Origin: Octopus sinensis
Taxonomy: Eukaryota
DNA length: 64,000 nucleotides
Reading direction: 5' to 3'
Assembly (NCBI RefSeq): GCF_006345805.1
Contig: NC_042997.1
Coordinates: 122,946,001 to 123,010,000 of the forward strand
The notes below the pieces were generated by a model, which saw only the letters and a program-made list of their open reading frames with translations, made no database searches and was not told the origin of the DNA. A program made the translations under genes and the position numbers. This document shows, in pieces, positions 27,914 through 43,099 of this stretch. Position 1 is the first letter of the stretch; every line of letters begins with the position of its first letter.

Positions 27914-30876
27914 TACTCCAGACGATATTAATCTTTCCCGTGCTCTACATCTCAGAATTACAGTCACCTATTCTTAAAGCTGCATCAGAATCTACGAAAC
28001 TATTTATACATATCAATAACTAAAACATTAACATTATTTTACCAGCCACTAAATTTGAAAACTTCCATAACAAATATTCACACAAAGAAATATAATAATG
28101 AATCATTTGATTTAGTTTATCGTCAAAGCATTTTGGGCGAGCCCAGCCGTGTTTTCGGATTATATTTAATATGGCCTATACACAATTCGTTTGGAAGGCG
28201 CCCTGATATTGTTACGTGTCATTTGTTCAAAATTTACTGATAAACGTCATATTCCTTTGGAACTTCTTTGTTTATCGATTAAATCGGAAGGCCTTATTGT
28301 GAGCATGGTGTTGCATAACCACTAGCAAGGTATCATCGTCTGTATGTCATCAGTAAGTATCGCAGTACGCGCTTAAGAAAAACAAATACAATGCAAAACC
28401 TCTGTTGTTTCGTACCTGATGTAAATATATCGATCACGAAATACAAAGTCATATGTTGACAAATACACTCGGTGATTTACTACGAGCTTAGATATTTTAT
28501 GTTCTGCAATAATCCAACTAACATATACACCTTCCCGTTGTATCACAAAAATATTAACAACGAACCTATCTAAGAATATTCCATATTGTCATCTTTGTAA
28601 AGGTGTCATGGTTTCCGTCACACTGGCAAACAACTCTACATGGCCCTAATCTTGTCCTCTTTATTCACACTGCAAATGTTGACCAGCATATATAATATGC
28701 TTTGTGACTCGATTGTAGAGAATATCCTATCGACATTCTAAAAATGTGTTTTTGAAGATTTTATATTGATGGCTATCGTCTATCAAAGCTGAGAAGATTT
28801 AACTTCATTCATCCAAGAATTCAATGAAACAATACATAAAACTTTCGAAGGTTTCAATTTTACTGCTCGTTTTTGTTTCTTCACACAGTCTTTAAACAAT
28901 TTTGACTAGATAGTAGTAATTTTTCTATACTGCTACAGCTGTGGCATTATGATTTTCCTCCACTTCCTTTTCCTTTATTATCCTGCTACTCCTTTTGGCA
29001 TAAATGTTGTGGGAGTCTTTTCACGCTTATTTAAATCAATATTAATTTTATTCTTACATGTATAACTCGTTCCCTTTAAGAACAATATCATTCTTTACTT
29101 TTTCAAATTCACAGATTCCCTTATAAAACGTCTTCATAACTATCCAATCTTTCACCTTTGTTTCTATAAGTTGTGGCATCAGTAGTCAATGCGTTTCATC
29201 CCTTTGATCTAAAATATGTTTTTTCTGAATATCACTGAAATTATTAATGTTTTTCATTGTCTACTGAGGTAAGTTTGAGATTAAATATAAGAAGCTTTGA
29301 CACATCGTAATTCATTATCGCTTCCACATTCTCTCCCTTTATTCTTGCAATTCAACCTTACATGACTTTTACGATGTTCTAGCCACTTAATTCTACTGCT
29401 ACTAAATTTAGCTCTTGTCACTTTCACTTAGGGAGAACGCTTTGAGAAAGTAATAGTCGAGTATATCATTGGATTTACATAGAATTACAATCAGTTTAAT
29501 ATGAATCTATTAGCCGTGCTGAATCATCGTGTTTAAGGATCCTAAAATGCTTGCGTATCAGAAACACGTGTCAGTCTCTTATATGTTGTAAACTATAATT
29601 AAAGATGTATAACGTTACATTCTTCATCACGTTTTATTCAAACATACATGCATGCATACATACATACTTACATACACACATACAAACACACATATATGTA
29701 TGTATATGAGTATAAGTATATATGTGTATGCGTGTATTTCTCGATGTGTGTATGTATACAGACGCACGCACACACTAGCCCACATAAACAGACAAATATA
29801 TAGAGAGATACTTCTCCCTCCTCCAACACGTTGTAAATATACGTTTTCTTTATGATACATCCACTAACTTGTTTTGATAATTGAAGTAGTTCAAGTATCA
29901 AGTTTCTTCAACAAAGAAAATTTATCAATTGATTATGTTTCCAAATTAAATATCGTCAGTAGAACTTGCAGTGAAGCATCACTCAATATATTTAAGTAGC
30001 GAGTAGAATTGATTTCGTTATCGCCTTTGTTTTGTGGATTCATTCATTTGATTAGTATGAAGTTGGTATGGTGTAAAATAATTAAAAGATAAAACATTAA
30101 TGTTCTGAATATAAAGATATGTATATTTTAATCCTTCGAACAACAAATTTTATAAGGACGAAACCGCATTGTTGTAACGTATCGTGTTCACCTTAATTAA
30201 TTAAATCAATAGTGTGGCATTAATTTATGTTTCACTTCATTTAATACAATACCAACAATACTAATATTTTCTACCGCTATAATACTCATTTTTATTTTGT
30301 AAGAATCTTCCTTTCAAATACACCAATATTAAACGATCCACCCGCACACCCTTCATCGCACAGATTCCTGTTTTTATTAACACATCCTGCACTTATATGA
30401 GAAATTTCGCCTGCATATATTTATCCTTGTATTCTTTCTTGAAACAGATACACGGATTTTCATTCTAAAACATTTTCTAGAGAAAAATCTATTCAGAAAC
30501 AGCTGCATTGATGCCCAATGAATATATTGGATACACACTGATCTTCCTAAGATATGCTATCTCCTTGCAATATGCTTTGTTACAGTATGTGAAATGTATG
30601 CCGCATGTTTTACCAATTTGCGATCGATTTCATAAACTGAGACTTAATTAATGAAATTCTCATTGTTTTTTAACAATATGTGCGCTGTGCACATACGCAC
30701 ACATTTTAAAATATGTATACGCAACATTTTCCATGCTAACTATTTTATCCATTGAAAAGAATTCTTAATTACATTCAACAGTGGATATCTAAAAAAATCT
30801 CACAGTATTATTAATTATACTTCACTGTGTTTGTAATCTTTCTTTATTGTGATGCTACAAACTATTTCATAAAACA

Positions 30877-30967
<91 letters not shown>

Positions 30968-30998
30968 TCCACTATTACTACTACTGCTGCTGCTGCCG

Positions 30999-31040
<42 letters not shown>

Positions 31041-31106
31041 ATACTGCTGCTGCTGCTGCTGCTACTACTACTACTACTACTACTACTAATAATAATAATA
31101 ATAATG

Positions 31107-31146
<40 letters not shown>

Positions 31147-31295
31147 TAATAATAATAATAATGATAATAATGATAATGCTAATAAAAATAATGATAAAGA
31201 TGATAATGTTAATAATAATAATGATAATGATGATAATAATAATAATAATAATAACAATAATAATAAGGAGGAGGACGACGATGACGATGATGATG

Positions 31296-31376
<81 letters not shown>

Positions 31377-31405
31377 TTAACAATGATAATAATAATGATA
31401 ATTAT
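30877..31405. repeat. Compound trinucleotide microsatellite (TAC/TGC)n-(TAA/TGA)n
   Basis: Directly visible; source of the poly-T/N/I/L ORF artefacts. Confidence 0.95.
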
Positions 31406-32070
31406 GAACATCGGTAAGATACTCTTTGCATAAATGAGCTGGTCCAGTTTCAGAACTTGTTTCCTTTCAAAATAAAAATCAATTTTTGTTTATCTCATGT
31501 CGCTAATACCATTAAAAACAACAACAAAAAGAAAACAAACCGAACGTTGAACTGCGCGCATTATAAACCTGTAGCAGTGTGACTAAGAGAGAAATCAATA
31601 AATGCATATTAAATCTAACATAATCTAAGAAGTCAGTAATATATATATTGAAAGACTAATAAAACTATTTCATGTTAATGTATCTAGTGTAAAGTTGCGC
31701 ATTTCATATGCATCCCTCTGTAATCTAGCTAGCTGCTTTAAATGCCTACCTTAAATTTGTATCGCTTTTACCAGAAATATATGACATTAAATTGTGGTGA
31801 ATATTGAATAGGCAAAAGAATAAGTGAATGGACTTCGTTAGGATGATTAAGCATGTGATTACTTTTAGAAAGTTCGGTGTGTTCACGCAATGTCCATTAT
31901 CTAATGAATTGAAAATGTCAGTCATCCCCTGCAGCAAAGAAATATGGCTTGCAGATAACGAATAGTTCTAAAATCAGGTTTAAATATTTTTCATATACAT
32001 TTAAAAACGTCAGTACGTTCCTCTCAACTGAAATTAATGCTATGGTGTACATTACTATACATTACCATAA

Positions 32071-32303
32071 AGGCGGCGAGCTGGCAGAAACGTTAGCACG
32101 CCGGGCGAAATGCGTAGCCGTAATTCGTCTGTCGTTACTTTCTGAGTTCAAATTCCGCCGAAGTCGACTTTGCCTTTCATCCTTTCGGGGTCGATAAATT
32201 AAGTACCAGTTATGCCCTGGGGTAGATGTAATCGACTTAATACCTATGTCTGTCCTTGTTTGTCCCCTCTATGTTTAGCCCCTTGTGGGTAGTAAAGAAA
32301 TAG
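32071..32303 (+). mobile_element. Full-length tRNA-derived SINE family C with target-site duplication
   Basis: Head ggcggcgagctggcagaa, B-box gagttcaaattcc, Nin/Deu-like core; flanking direct repeat tacattactataca at 32048-32061 and 32307-32320. Confidence 0.85.
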
Positions 32304-33170
32304 GTATACATTACTATACACTGTTATAGTCGTTACAAAGTAAAATTCCAGGCAATCCATGATTAACTATGTTGAATTTGCATTCATTCGGCTACTAACT
32401 TCACATCACATAATTCATTGCCTGATAATGACGTCGGTATCATCAAAATGCTTTTTGAAGTCAATTTTTAGCTCATAACGTTCCAGATACGTAGACAAAT
32501 AATCGATGATAAAGACGTCAGTTACATTTCACACACAAAACAATCGAGTTTGGTATTCATGACTTAAATATGTGAAAGTAATATTTAGACGACATACAAA
32601 GGTTAAAGATTATTATATTTTAAATTTATTTTGGAAAGTTAGGATAGAATTATTACATAACTTACACATCACATAAGGCAGAAGCTGATATATTGCTTCA
32701 TTGTTCCCCTTAATAGTTTTACAGTCGAGTCAGTCATCGATATTTAGTGAGAGAAAGCATAAGGAAAACGTATTTAATCCAACCGAAAGAGGACTATAAT
32801 CAACTACAATATTTGCACCAGTTACAGTGTGTTTGGTCACACAATATTTTGATGCCATTCAAGAATTGAAAAGAAACCGCTTTGTGTGATTAAAAAGTAT
32901 GTGGAGTTAAAAAGGTCATGTCATAATTGACTTATATAACACATGAAACAATTCCATATTCCATATAACAATTCCATATATGATTGGCTTTGTAACTTTA
33001 TTCCCTAAGTAAGAAAGCGAGTTAGGCATCATCAGATCCAACCGATTAGTGGATAATTATTCTATTCAGAGAGGCTAAAGGAAGTTAAATATCAGAATCG
33101 TTTCTATATAAGTATTGCAAAAAGATACGGTATAATACATGTATATATGTGAATACGTGTGTATATGTAC

Positions 33171-33522
<352 letters not shown>

Positions 33523-33970
33523 GTCTCAATATCTATGTTATTTGAACTATTTCAAAGACAATAATTATAGCATAAAATTGTGTGTGAATGTGAGTGTATG
33601 TATGTGTTTTTGTGTGTGTAAGTATGTGAGTGTGTGCGTGCATGTGTGTGTATGTGTGAGCACAAATGATGATATCCCGAGGTACACGCTCTTACTCATG
33701 GTGGTGAGTGAAACCGGAATGTAATTAGTCAAGGTTTCGGCTTTCGCAGAACATAGATCTTCAACGCTGAAAAAGACACGTAAATGCAGTACAAGGCGCA
33801 AGTCAGAATTAAACCTGAATTGAAAGTATTTTTATATGGAGGAACTTCAAGGTATACAAGTAATAAACCTCAGGACTGCTAGACATTAACAAATCGTGAT
33901 GTCACTAAACGTGTTACGCAAGAAAATCAGGACGGGGAAAGCAATACAAAGGCAACAATTATGTTATTCG

Positions 33971-34360
33971 AATTTTTTATGTAGACTAACATAACCCTCA
34001 CCAGCTACTCTTAACGCCTAGGGTTAATCTCAACTACCTCTGTCAGTTTTATAAGAAAAACCGGTGAAAACCTCCATTGATGTTTGGGAATTGGCCAGCC
34101 ATCTCATAAAGGATATATATACCTACCAAATCAGCCAATTGTGCTGAGTCAGAACTTCCTATCGTGACATCAAAACTGCCAGGTGTTTGTATACGGACCG
34201 AAAAATTATTTTCAAATACATCGAAATATGTAATTTTCCAGCAAAAGGGAGATACTCGTTCTTTATGTCCCTTTATACGTTATAAAAATAAGTCTAGAAC
34301 ATTTAAAGTTAATTATCATAATAACAATGGGTGTCTTATTTAAACAGTTTGGATGATCAT
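33971..34360 (+). repeat. Internally deleted duplicate of the neighbouring PLE (segments A+B)
   Basis: 33971-34216 matches 34861-35106, and 34230-34360 matches 35579-35710. Confidence 0.85.
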
Positions 34361-34860
34361 CTCCCACCTTAAATAGAATAGTACTCAGTTTCTAACTCTG
34401 TTTGTGAATCTCTCATTGCTGATCAAATGCCGGTCGACATCGACACTTACGATTGCCAAAAAGAAATGCATATAAGTTTGAAAATTGCAAGTCACTCCTT
34501 CACTAACCGCAGGCTCGTATTTCCGTATTTTTTTCAATCAATAGAAATTACATAATTTCACCTGTTTTCTCTGAGATGTGGAACTTTGTAAGAAACCACT
34601 GACCAAAGATTATAAGTAAAATAAACGAATGCTAGAGCCTTTATTCAGCATTTTCATATTCTCGAACACATGATATATATAAATACTTACATACCAAATT
34701 AAAAAGGGTGGCTTATTAGTAATTTAAGCCTAAAGGCAAAATTAATAGAAATCTCAAAATTGACAGAGGTTACTGACTAGTACCGCTTTTGTAACTCAAA
34801 GCTACAGACACTGATAAAGTGAGGTAAATCCCCAGCGTACACAGCTAAATCTCGATTTGC

Positions 34861-35910
34861 AATTTTGATGTAGACTAACATAACCCTCACCAGCGACTCT
34901 TAACGCCTAGGGTTAAACTCAACTACCTCTGTCAGTTTTATAAGAAAAACCGTTGAAAACCTCCATTGATGTTTGGGAATTGGCCAGCCATCGCATAAAG
35001 GATATATATACCTACAAAATCAGCCAGTTGTGCTGAGTCAGAACTTCCTATCGTGACATCAAAACTGTCAGGTGCCTCTTTACTGACCGAAAGATTATTT
35101 TCAAATTTAATGATTGATATCGTGCTGATCGTTTAATCTACCTTCAAAATATTTCTAACCCAAAATTACAAAGGGTCAAAAATAAGTTGGTTAAATTATT
35201 CCAAAACATGGGCTTAAACATTAATTTCGAGGATGATATGACTAAAATCAACTTTTTGGATATTACCTTTAACTTATACAAGGATTCATATTTTCTATAT
35301 CCTAAACCCTCACCTAATTTAAGATATATTAGCTCTTTTAGTAATCATCCGAAGGCTATTACAAGGAATTTCTAGAGTATTTGTTAATGTTGATATCTCC
35401 AATGATAAAGCTGAATTTTATAACTCTGCCTTACTTAAAGCAGGCTATAAAGAAAAAATATATATATATTAAACCAATTGACATTAATTCTGCCTCTATT
35501 AATCAGGACATGAAGACACATCATAACAGTAATAACAATGTAACTTGTAGTACGAATAACAACAGTAACTCGAAAAAAGTAATTTTGCAGTAAAAGGGAG
35601 ATAACCGTTGTTTATGTCCCTTTATACGTAATAAAAATAAGTCTAGGACATTTAAAGTCAATTAACCTAATAACAATGTGTGTCTTAGTAAAACAGTTTG
35701 ACTGATCATTGCATTTGATAAGCAGAATAATTCCAACGTCCGTTACCAGTTTCGTGAAGCTATAGATAAGTGTTTTCCAAAACATTGCAGATACCATTCC
35801 ATTACCCATTCACATCAAATTAGAATGCATTTTTCAAAGACCAAAAACCTTTCACCAATCATTTCATCGCAGTAATTCTAAGACTAGGAACACTGTTTAT
35901 CTCTGTAAAA
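34861..35910 (+). pseudogene. Penelope-like reverse transcriptase remnant
   Basis: YRADRL (decayed YRDDGL)...KLFQNMGLNI...INFLDITFNL...KP...YISSFSNHP, followed by the linker AIDKCFPKH..IRMHFSKTKNL; contains stops and frameshifts. Confidence 0.75.
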
Positions 35911-35947
35911 TTACTTCTATTGCTGATGCCTTTTATATATATATATA

Positions 35948-36156
35948 AATGGCCTAGTGGTTAGGGCAGCGGACTTGCGGTCGGAGGATCGCGGTTTCGA
36001 TTTCCAGACCGGGCGTTGTGAGTGTTTATTGAGCGTAAAAAACACCTAAAAGCTCCACGAGGCTCCGGCAGGAGGTGGTGATCCCTGCTGTACTATTTCA
36101 CCACTCTAAAAAGGCGGTGCTCCAGCATGGCCGCAGTCAAATGACTGAAACAAGTA
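35948..36156 (+). mobile_element. SINE family B head and body joined to the family-A/LINE-type tail
   Basis: 35948-36107 matches 9920-10075; then aaaaggcggtgctccagcatggccgcagtcaaatgactgaaacaagta. Confidence 0.85.
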
Positions 36157-36304
36157 CAAAAAAATATATATATATATCTAGGTAGTTCATCGTAACAGTT
36201 GTTGAAAAGAATATCTAACAATTACATTATATTTAGACATATCAATAAATACAACAAATTAATTTGGTCTCTAAGGGAACATACGAATTCGATTTGGATT
36301 TTTG

Positions 36305-36672
36305 TTTTCTATTTCATCTAGTTTCAGCTCACGAGATGTGGCCATGCTGGGGCACCGCCATTTGGTGTTGCTACATAATTGTACTTCATGAATGCTTTTT
36401 AGCAATTGACATTAGGTGCATGAGAGTGTTTGATGCAGCTGCCCTCATCTTCACCTCCTGCTGCGAAGTTAGTTTATCTGGGTCACCTGACAGGAAGAGG
36501 TCTAGCATTATTTTGAAGACACCTACATCCACCCCATGAAGGTCTCTCAGGTCCTTCGGGAGGATATTGAAGAGCTGTGGACCTATGAAGCCCAGGCTAT
36601 TGCATTATCTTGTTCTACATTTTGATGGAAAATTTGGAGACCTTAGCACTACGCAGTGGCGCCGAGTTCTCG
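36305..36672 (-). mobile_element. Second, 5'-truncated copy of the LINE at 1-760
   Basis: The reverse complement aligns with ~385-750, including the ORF end and 3' UTR. Confidence 0.9.
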
Positions 36673-37547
36673 ATGGATGGAAAATTTTATCTAGATACTT
36701 ACCATATAACATATGTAAATCATTTTTGTCCGCTCTGTAACGAAGAGAAATGTTGATATGTTCGTGTGTTTTTCTTGGGATATTTACAATATCAAGATTT
36801 TAACCCAAATGGATACACGCAGGATTGAACCTAAAGACTTACGCTTCATTTTCCATATTTTTTTTTTCTTTTTGTTGTCTCTGCTGACGGAATATCCCAT
36901 ACTCGGGGATATCCCAGAAGCAGCAATAAACTTTTGAATTTCTACCTATAATAATATTGTATATGACTTGGGACGTTTGCTTTGCCTCAGTGTTTGACGT
37001 CTTGTTTAACAGTTACACACACACACACACACACACACGCACAAATTGCGTTCTTTCATCCCCTATTTTATAGGGTTTCGCAGTACTAATAATTTCTCCT
37101 GTTAATGAATATCTAATATTTTCATCCTTGAATGACCATATAAGAATAATAAGTCTTGTTGGAAATTTTCTAGAATTATTTCTAAACTATCTTGACAGCT
37201 ACAAAATCACTCATTAAATTTGAGATAAATATTGGATTAGGAAAGATCGGCCAGATATGTTCGACATAACAATGGGTTGGAAGAATTATATCAAATATTT
37301 ATTCAGAAAAATAAATTATTTCACACTAGACAAGAAAGAAACTATTTGCTTTCACAGACAACGCTTTTTTTTTTTTTCAAGTTTAAATAATTGAATGCAA
37401 TAAATTCGAAAACAATTTTTTCTCACCATAGCTATAATAACAATAACAATGATGACACATATATGAATAGCAGAACAGAATTCAATTTATAAGATTATAC
37501 CTGATATAACCTAAAAACACTTTAAAATAATAATAATAATAATAATA

Positions 37548-37675
<128 letters not shown>

Positions 37676-37689
37676 GAAGAAGAAGAAAA

Positions 37690-38236
37690 GCCCTGATGCA
37701 GTACCAGACAGTGGCACTCAGGGCTTCTGACCTTAACTGATTGGAAGTGTTACCATGTACATTGCTATAAAAGATGGGCTACAGCAAATATTCTGCTCAA
37801 TACCACAGATTTGCTTGTCAGTTGTTAGACCTTAACCAGTTGACCATGTCCCTTAGTGGCTGACGATATGTGCAGATCTGGTCGCGAGCAGAAGTAGTGA
37901 GGGAGCATCATAACCGTGTGTTAAAAGGAATTCATAGATGTTTGGATAATTCACCTTCGGAAACATGGGTGGTTCGTTCAACATCCTTAAACAATTCTTA
38001 TTCAGGGATCTTTTGAGCGGGATGGGCTACTCGACCAGAACGAAATTCTAACTAGGCCCCACCTGTAAGGTCATGCGCTGTTTATCTTGATATGAGATCA
38101 CCATGTCGCGCACATGTGGTCGTGATGCATGTGCCTGGTGTACCCTTATCAGACAGGTAGTCATAATGGATATACTGGGCTTCGTATATTTTACCCCAGT
38201 GTAACTTTGATGGCATGCACTGCTCTCTCACTCAAT
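37690..38236 (+). mobile_element. Non-coding interspersed element embedded in (TAA)n/(GAA)n tracts
   Basis: Higher-GC block bounded on both sides by (TAA)n(GAA)n; ends ctcaatgataataat, like the RLE element's ctcaataataat. Confidence 0.5.
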
Positions 38237-38320
38237 GATAATAATAATAATAATGATGATGATGATAATAATAATAATAATAATAATAATGATAATAATA
38301 ATAATAATAATAATAATAAT

Positions 38321-38352
<32 letters not shown>

Positions 38353-38826
38353 GAAGAAGAAGAAGAAGAAGAAAGTAATCTTCACAAATATTATAACCAA
38401 CTCTGAAATTCATTAAAACAAGCCATGTGACTATAAAAAAGGTAGGATCATTCAAAGGAAAAGTTTTCTATAAAAAACACTCCTCCAGTAGACCAAGAAA
38501 ATTTGCCTACTTTAAAAATTACTGTTGCAGGGGATGCTGAATTTTACCGACAATCAGTTGCGGAAAACGTCAATGAACGTCATAGTTTATTACTACTGCT
38601 AACAAGCTTAATTCAAACAAAGAACGGAGGAAAATTCCTCTTCGAACAATATCATATTTATACACCGTGAAGAGATCGTACCAATAATGCACAAATTATG
38701 AGTACGCAACTATATGTAATTAATGCAACCAAATCAGTTGTCCGATAATTATTATAAAGGAACTAACTATAAATACACATAGCGTGTGAATGTTCAACTT
38801 TTTCATTCTCCTTACCAGTACATGTA

Positions 38827-38984
<158 letters not shown>

Positions 38985-39401
38985 AATTGAGATAGGGGTA
39001 GTAAATGCAACCCTCCATGGGATAACATGTATCCAATATACTGCTAGTGTAGTACCCAACAATGTTAATACATAAATGTTAAGGTTTGCGATGCAATCAA
39101 TTCATTTACTGTATTATATGGGCAAAGGTAAAATGATTTACCACAAATTACTAATACAAGATAAGAAAATGGAGAAATACATCTAAATCAAATATCAATT
39201 ACCAGATAATACTCAATCACATACTTTATTAAATCACCACATAAGAGACTGTAGGGGTAAACATAAAAAAAGCAGAAAAAATCAGTGTACATAAAGGAAT
39301 GTACATAAAAAGTGTACATAAAAGAGTAATGTTGTATAATAAGTAGAATATATATAAAAAAGAGAATATAAATATAAGTAAGTATAAATATAAGTATAGA
39401 T

Positions 39402-39534
39402 TACATCTTACAGCTGTTCCGGCCATGTATATAAGTATGTCTCATTTTACCAATATTAGCCTTTTATGGTAGGTCAATATATAGATATAAATGAGACATT
39501 TACAAAAATATCAAAAGGCCTCCTCGGAGATATA
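39402..39534 (-). ncRNA. Degenerate hammerhead with ~90-nt loop II
   Basis: Minus strand: tatatct-CCGAGGA-ggcc...ggcc-GGAA-cagctg-TA-agatgta. All stems pair; two core substitutions. Confidence 0.5.
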
Positions 39535-39960
39535 CATATACATATGAGTGCATATAGAATCCAACAAATTATATTTATGTGTATCCTTCAAATGTCTTCA
39601 CTTTGGCGCGCTGAGATCGGAAATCTACCCTGCAGTTAATAAACTGCAGCAGTCAATTTAGCGGCCAGAGAACATTATTTTATTATTTAAAATTGAACAA
39701 GGGTAGAAATTGATATTAATCAATTAAAACCAGTGGCCTAGCATATTAAAAAAATCCGAAGATTAAAATATTTTTACATACAAAATTTAAAGGACTAACC
39801 ACTAAAAGTGGACGGTGACATGCTAGATATAGACGTCAAATCGCTATTTTGCACGAAGAATGTGTTCTCAAATAAAAACTCAGCACAAACCAAAGCGTAA
39901 AAAAGAAGCTAGACAAATGAAAATATACCTAGTATATAAATGTATAATTGTGTTTGTATA

Positions 39961-40347
39961 CTATATTGAGATGGCAAATATACCTCACATTGTCGTGCAG
40001 TTATTGTTTATACCTCGTTCAGAGACTTATTATATTGCTTGTATACAATTTATCGAGATCAGTGACGTAAAGTTACTGGAAAAAGGATATTAATATTTGC
40101 ATTGGGAACTGCTTTCATCGAAAACCGGTGATTGTCGTACGCTGATGACGGGTCAAGACCCAGAAACTGCAGTCCGTGCGTATCACTTAGGTTGACGAGG
40201 GAAGGATTACCTCCCTTTGCAAATACCGATAGGACACAGAAAACGTGTCAATAGCCAGCTGGAGACGATGTTCTCCTGGGGCTACCATCTACAGTAACAC
40301 CCACCCTTAGTGGTTAGCCATATTGAGATGGCAAATATACCCCCCCA
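39961..40347 (+). mobile_element. ~357-bp hammerhead-bearing unit with a short terminal direct repeat (PLE pseudo-LTR-like, family H)
   Basis: atattgagatggcaaatatacc occurs at 39963 and 40320; hammerhead inside; (CA)/(TA)n at the 3' end. Confidence 0.6.
40136..40180 (+). ncRNA. Minimal type I hammerhead ribozyme
   Basis: cgtacg-CTGATGA-c-gggtc aa gaccc-a-GAAA-ctgcag-TC-cgtgcg. Stem I 6 bp; palindromic stem III ACTGCAGT. Confidence 0.8.
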
Positions 40348-40352
40348 CACAC

Positions 40353-40464
<112 letters not shown>

Positions 40465-42940
40465 TCTTTTTATACGTTATCTCTTTCACGTTCAGCCTCA
40501 AATCATACGCAGGATTAAAATATACGGAGTTATACATTTCTTCAGTCGTTTTACTTCAACGTTACTTTGTACAAATGCATCCGCGTATTTTCTATTTGTT
40601 AGTCGAATTTCGTTTTACTTGTTTTCATGCATTTACAAGACTCATTAATATCGATTGCAATTATCGATTTCTTGGAATGTAGGCAATATTCCTCTTACAA
40701 TGTACAAAACTTGACCGAAACACCATAGTGGGAGTACTGATTTGTTAACCTTTGAACTTATATATGAAAGTGTAATCCCTGAAGGATTTGGGAAATTAAT
40801 TCGTACTATGAATGTATATTTTTTTTTTTACTGTTTGCTATTATTTATCCGGTTGTAATTTACATATCAAAATATGCAGTGACGTACGTTTAAGATATTA
40901 GATGTAGTGTGTAGTAAACAGATTATTATACCTACTTTGAAGCATGGTATTTTAAAAAGTATTCCTGGATTTCGGTAGCAATTACCATGGTTCTCTTACG
41001 TGTTGCTTAATATAATCCTCTGCAAATAATTTTAGTTAACTTATAAACAAAGTTTTGGAAATGATTTCCTAATAAAAACATTGTTCTATTCCTATTGAAA
41101 ACATAAACCAAGATACAATATTTCATGATATACTTACAAACATTAGAACGAGATCTTTCAAGTTGTATGCAACTTAACGTATTTACCTAAATAACTTGAT
41201 CTTTCAATTTTACAAAATATTTTAACTATGGTTTCCTTACTTCCATTTGAGTAACATATAAAGACTTATCCAGAGTATCTTTTAACTTGAACGTAGTGTA
41301 TTTCGATACATGCCGCAAACTAAATATTTCTATTAGAAGGTAAAACAAATAAAGCTAAATAAGAATATATAATAAACCCTAAGAAAATAATGTAAAAAGT
41401 AGAAGAGATTCGTTCCTAAATTACTACATTTACATGTCAGTTATTTCTCCGAAAGTACAGCAAGTTTGCATTAACAACTCAGCGATATTTTAAACGGTAT
41501 GGACGTCTGTCAAGATCGGACAGCTTGTTGTCTAGATTGCCGTTAGCATAGTAAATGTTTCACTCAGCTAGTATTTGTTATTCTGCAAGGTTGCAGCATA
41601 TCACATTGAAAAGCATCCAAAATACACGACAGCACAGAACATTAAAGGTAAACTAGCATGATGAAATAGCATGTCAGTTCAAGAAATAGTACATGGATAC
41701 TTGTAAAACCTTTGTGTCAGAATACGTCCAATATGTCAATACCGCAACTTCGAAATGTGCTGTCGTTTGCGAGACATTTCTAAAAGCTATATCTGTGGCC
41801 GTTTTTATCCAGCTTATCTTAAATTCCACAGGGTTATGGTAAATAGATTTCCAGCACCTTATAATCATCCCTTTTTCTGTAACAATAACTTCAGGTATTA
41901 TTTACTCATTATATTATCTATTTTGTTATCATCATGTTTAAGAGAAAACGATGTAATTTGAGGACGATGCGGCTGCTATGTCTCACAATATGGTGAATAT
42001 GTGTAAGCTGCATTATCTAACAGGTTTTCTTTGTTGGTGTGCTTATAATTGTAAATGGTTGCGATGTAATCATAGATATACACATTCTTTCATTTGTTGG
42101 TAACAATAAATTTATTACGGTTTAGGACGTGCAGGAAAGGTTCAGGCACAATGAATTTTAATAAGTGGATTGCAATGCATCATATACTACCTTAATTTTC
42201 TGAATACTAGGTGGTTACTGAAAAAGACGCCTCCGATAGATACCGAATGAACATGTGCACTGAAAACCTCAACTTTGGGTCGCAGAATATCATAATTAAA
42301 GAATATACCTATGGTGATGCATTTTGTTACTTATTTAATACGAAGATAACTGCAGGTGAGCAAGATCTCTCCTAGCCTTCTCAGACTGATGATCTCCATG
42401 GTGTTAATGTTTCTTGCAAACTGTTGCAAGGAAGACATAAATATGGAGAATCTGAAAGCTGCTCATGTAGTGGGGAGGAATATGTTCAGTGTCAGACCGG
42501 AGTGTAATTGGGTACAGCATAGGTAGATTGAGGTTGTGTTACCTGCGTGTAGGAAGTACAAGGTTAGGCAGATCCAAAGTATAGACTCCAATATAGAAGA
42601 ATATAATAAAATTAAGAATAAGTGTATTGACTTCTTTAGCACGGATAGATACACGGTATATATATATATAATTGCGAATAGATGTCACTTCTTTTTTTCC
42701 AGAAACTTGACGTTCTTAATGTCAGAAAAGTAAAAGGGCAAATATTTTTCTAGTATACCATTTAAAACCTAGCGTTAGTCGTATTTAGTTCGTACTTGGT
42801 TCCTGTCAGTTACTCTGTTTTGTTTTGTCTAACAACACAATATTCTTCCAAATGTTTTCTGAAATACAATCAAGTAATATATGCTATATGGTATTTATAT
42901 CCGCTGCTTTCGTATTGACTCTTTGAAATTAATAGAGTAC

Positions 42941-43033
<93 letters not shown>

Positions 43034-43057
43034 GTATGTATATGCATATATGTATGT

Positions 43058-43099
<42 letters not shown>

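Noticed and set aside
28050-29260. Possible heavily decayed LTR-retrotransposon gag/protease on the minus strand (CHSC, ALIDD)
   Set aside because: Motifs are too fragmentary to support without a translated search.
30815-31433. Long ORFs (poly-I/S/T/N/L)
   Set aside because: Pure trinucleotide microsatellite; open frames arise trivially.
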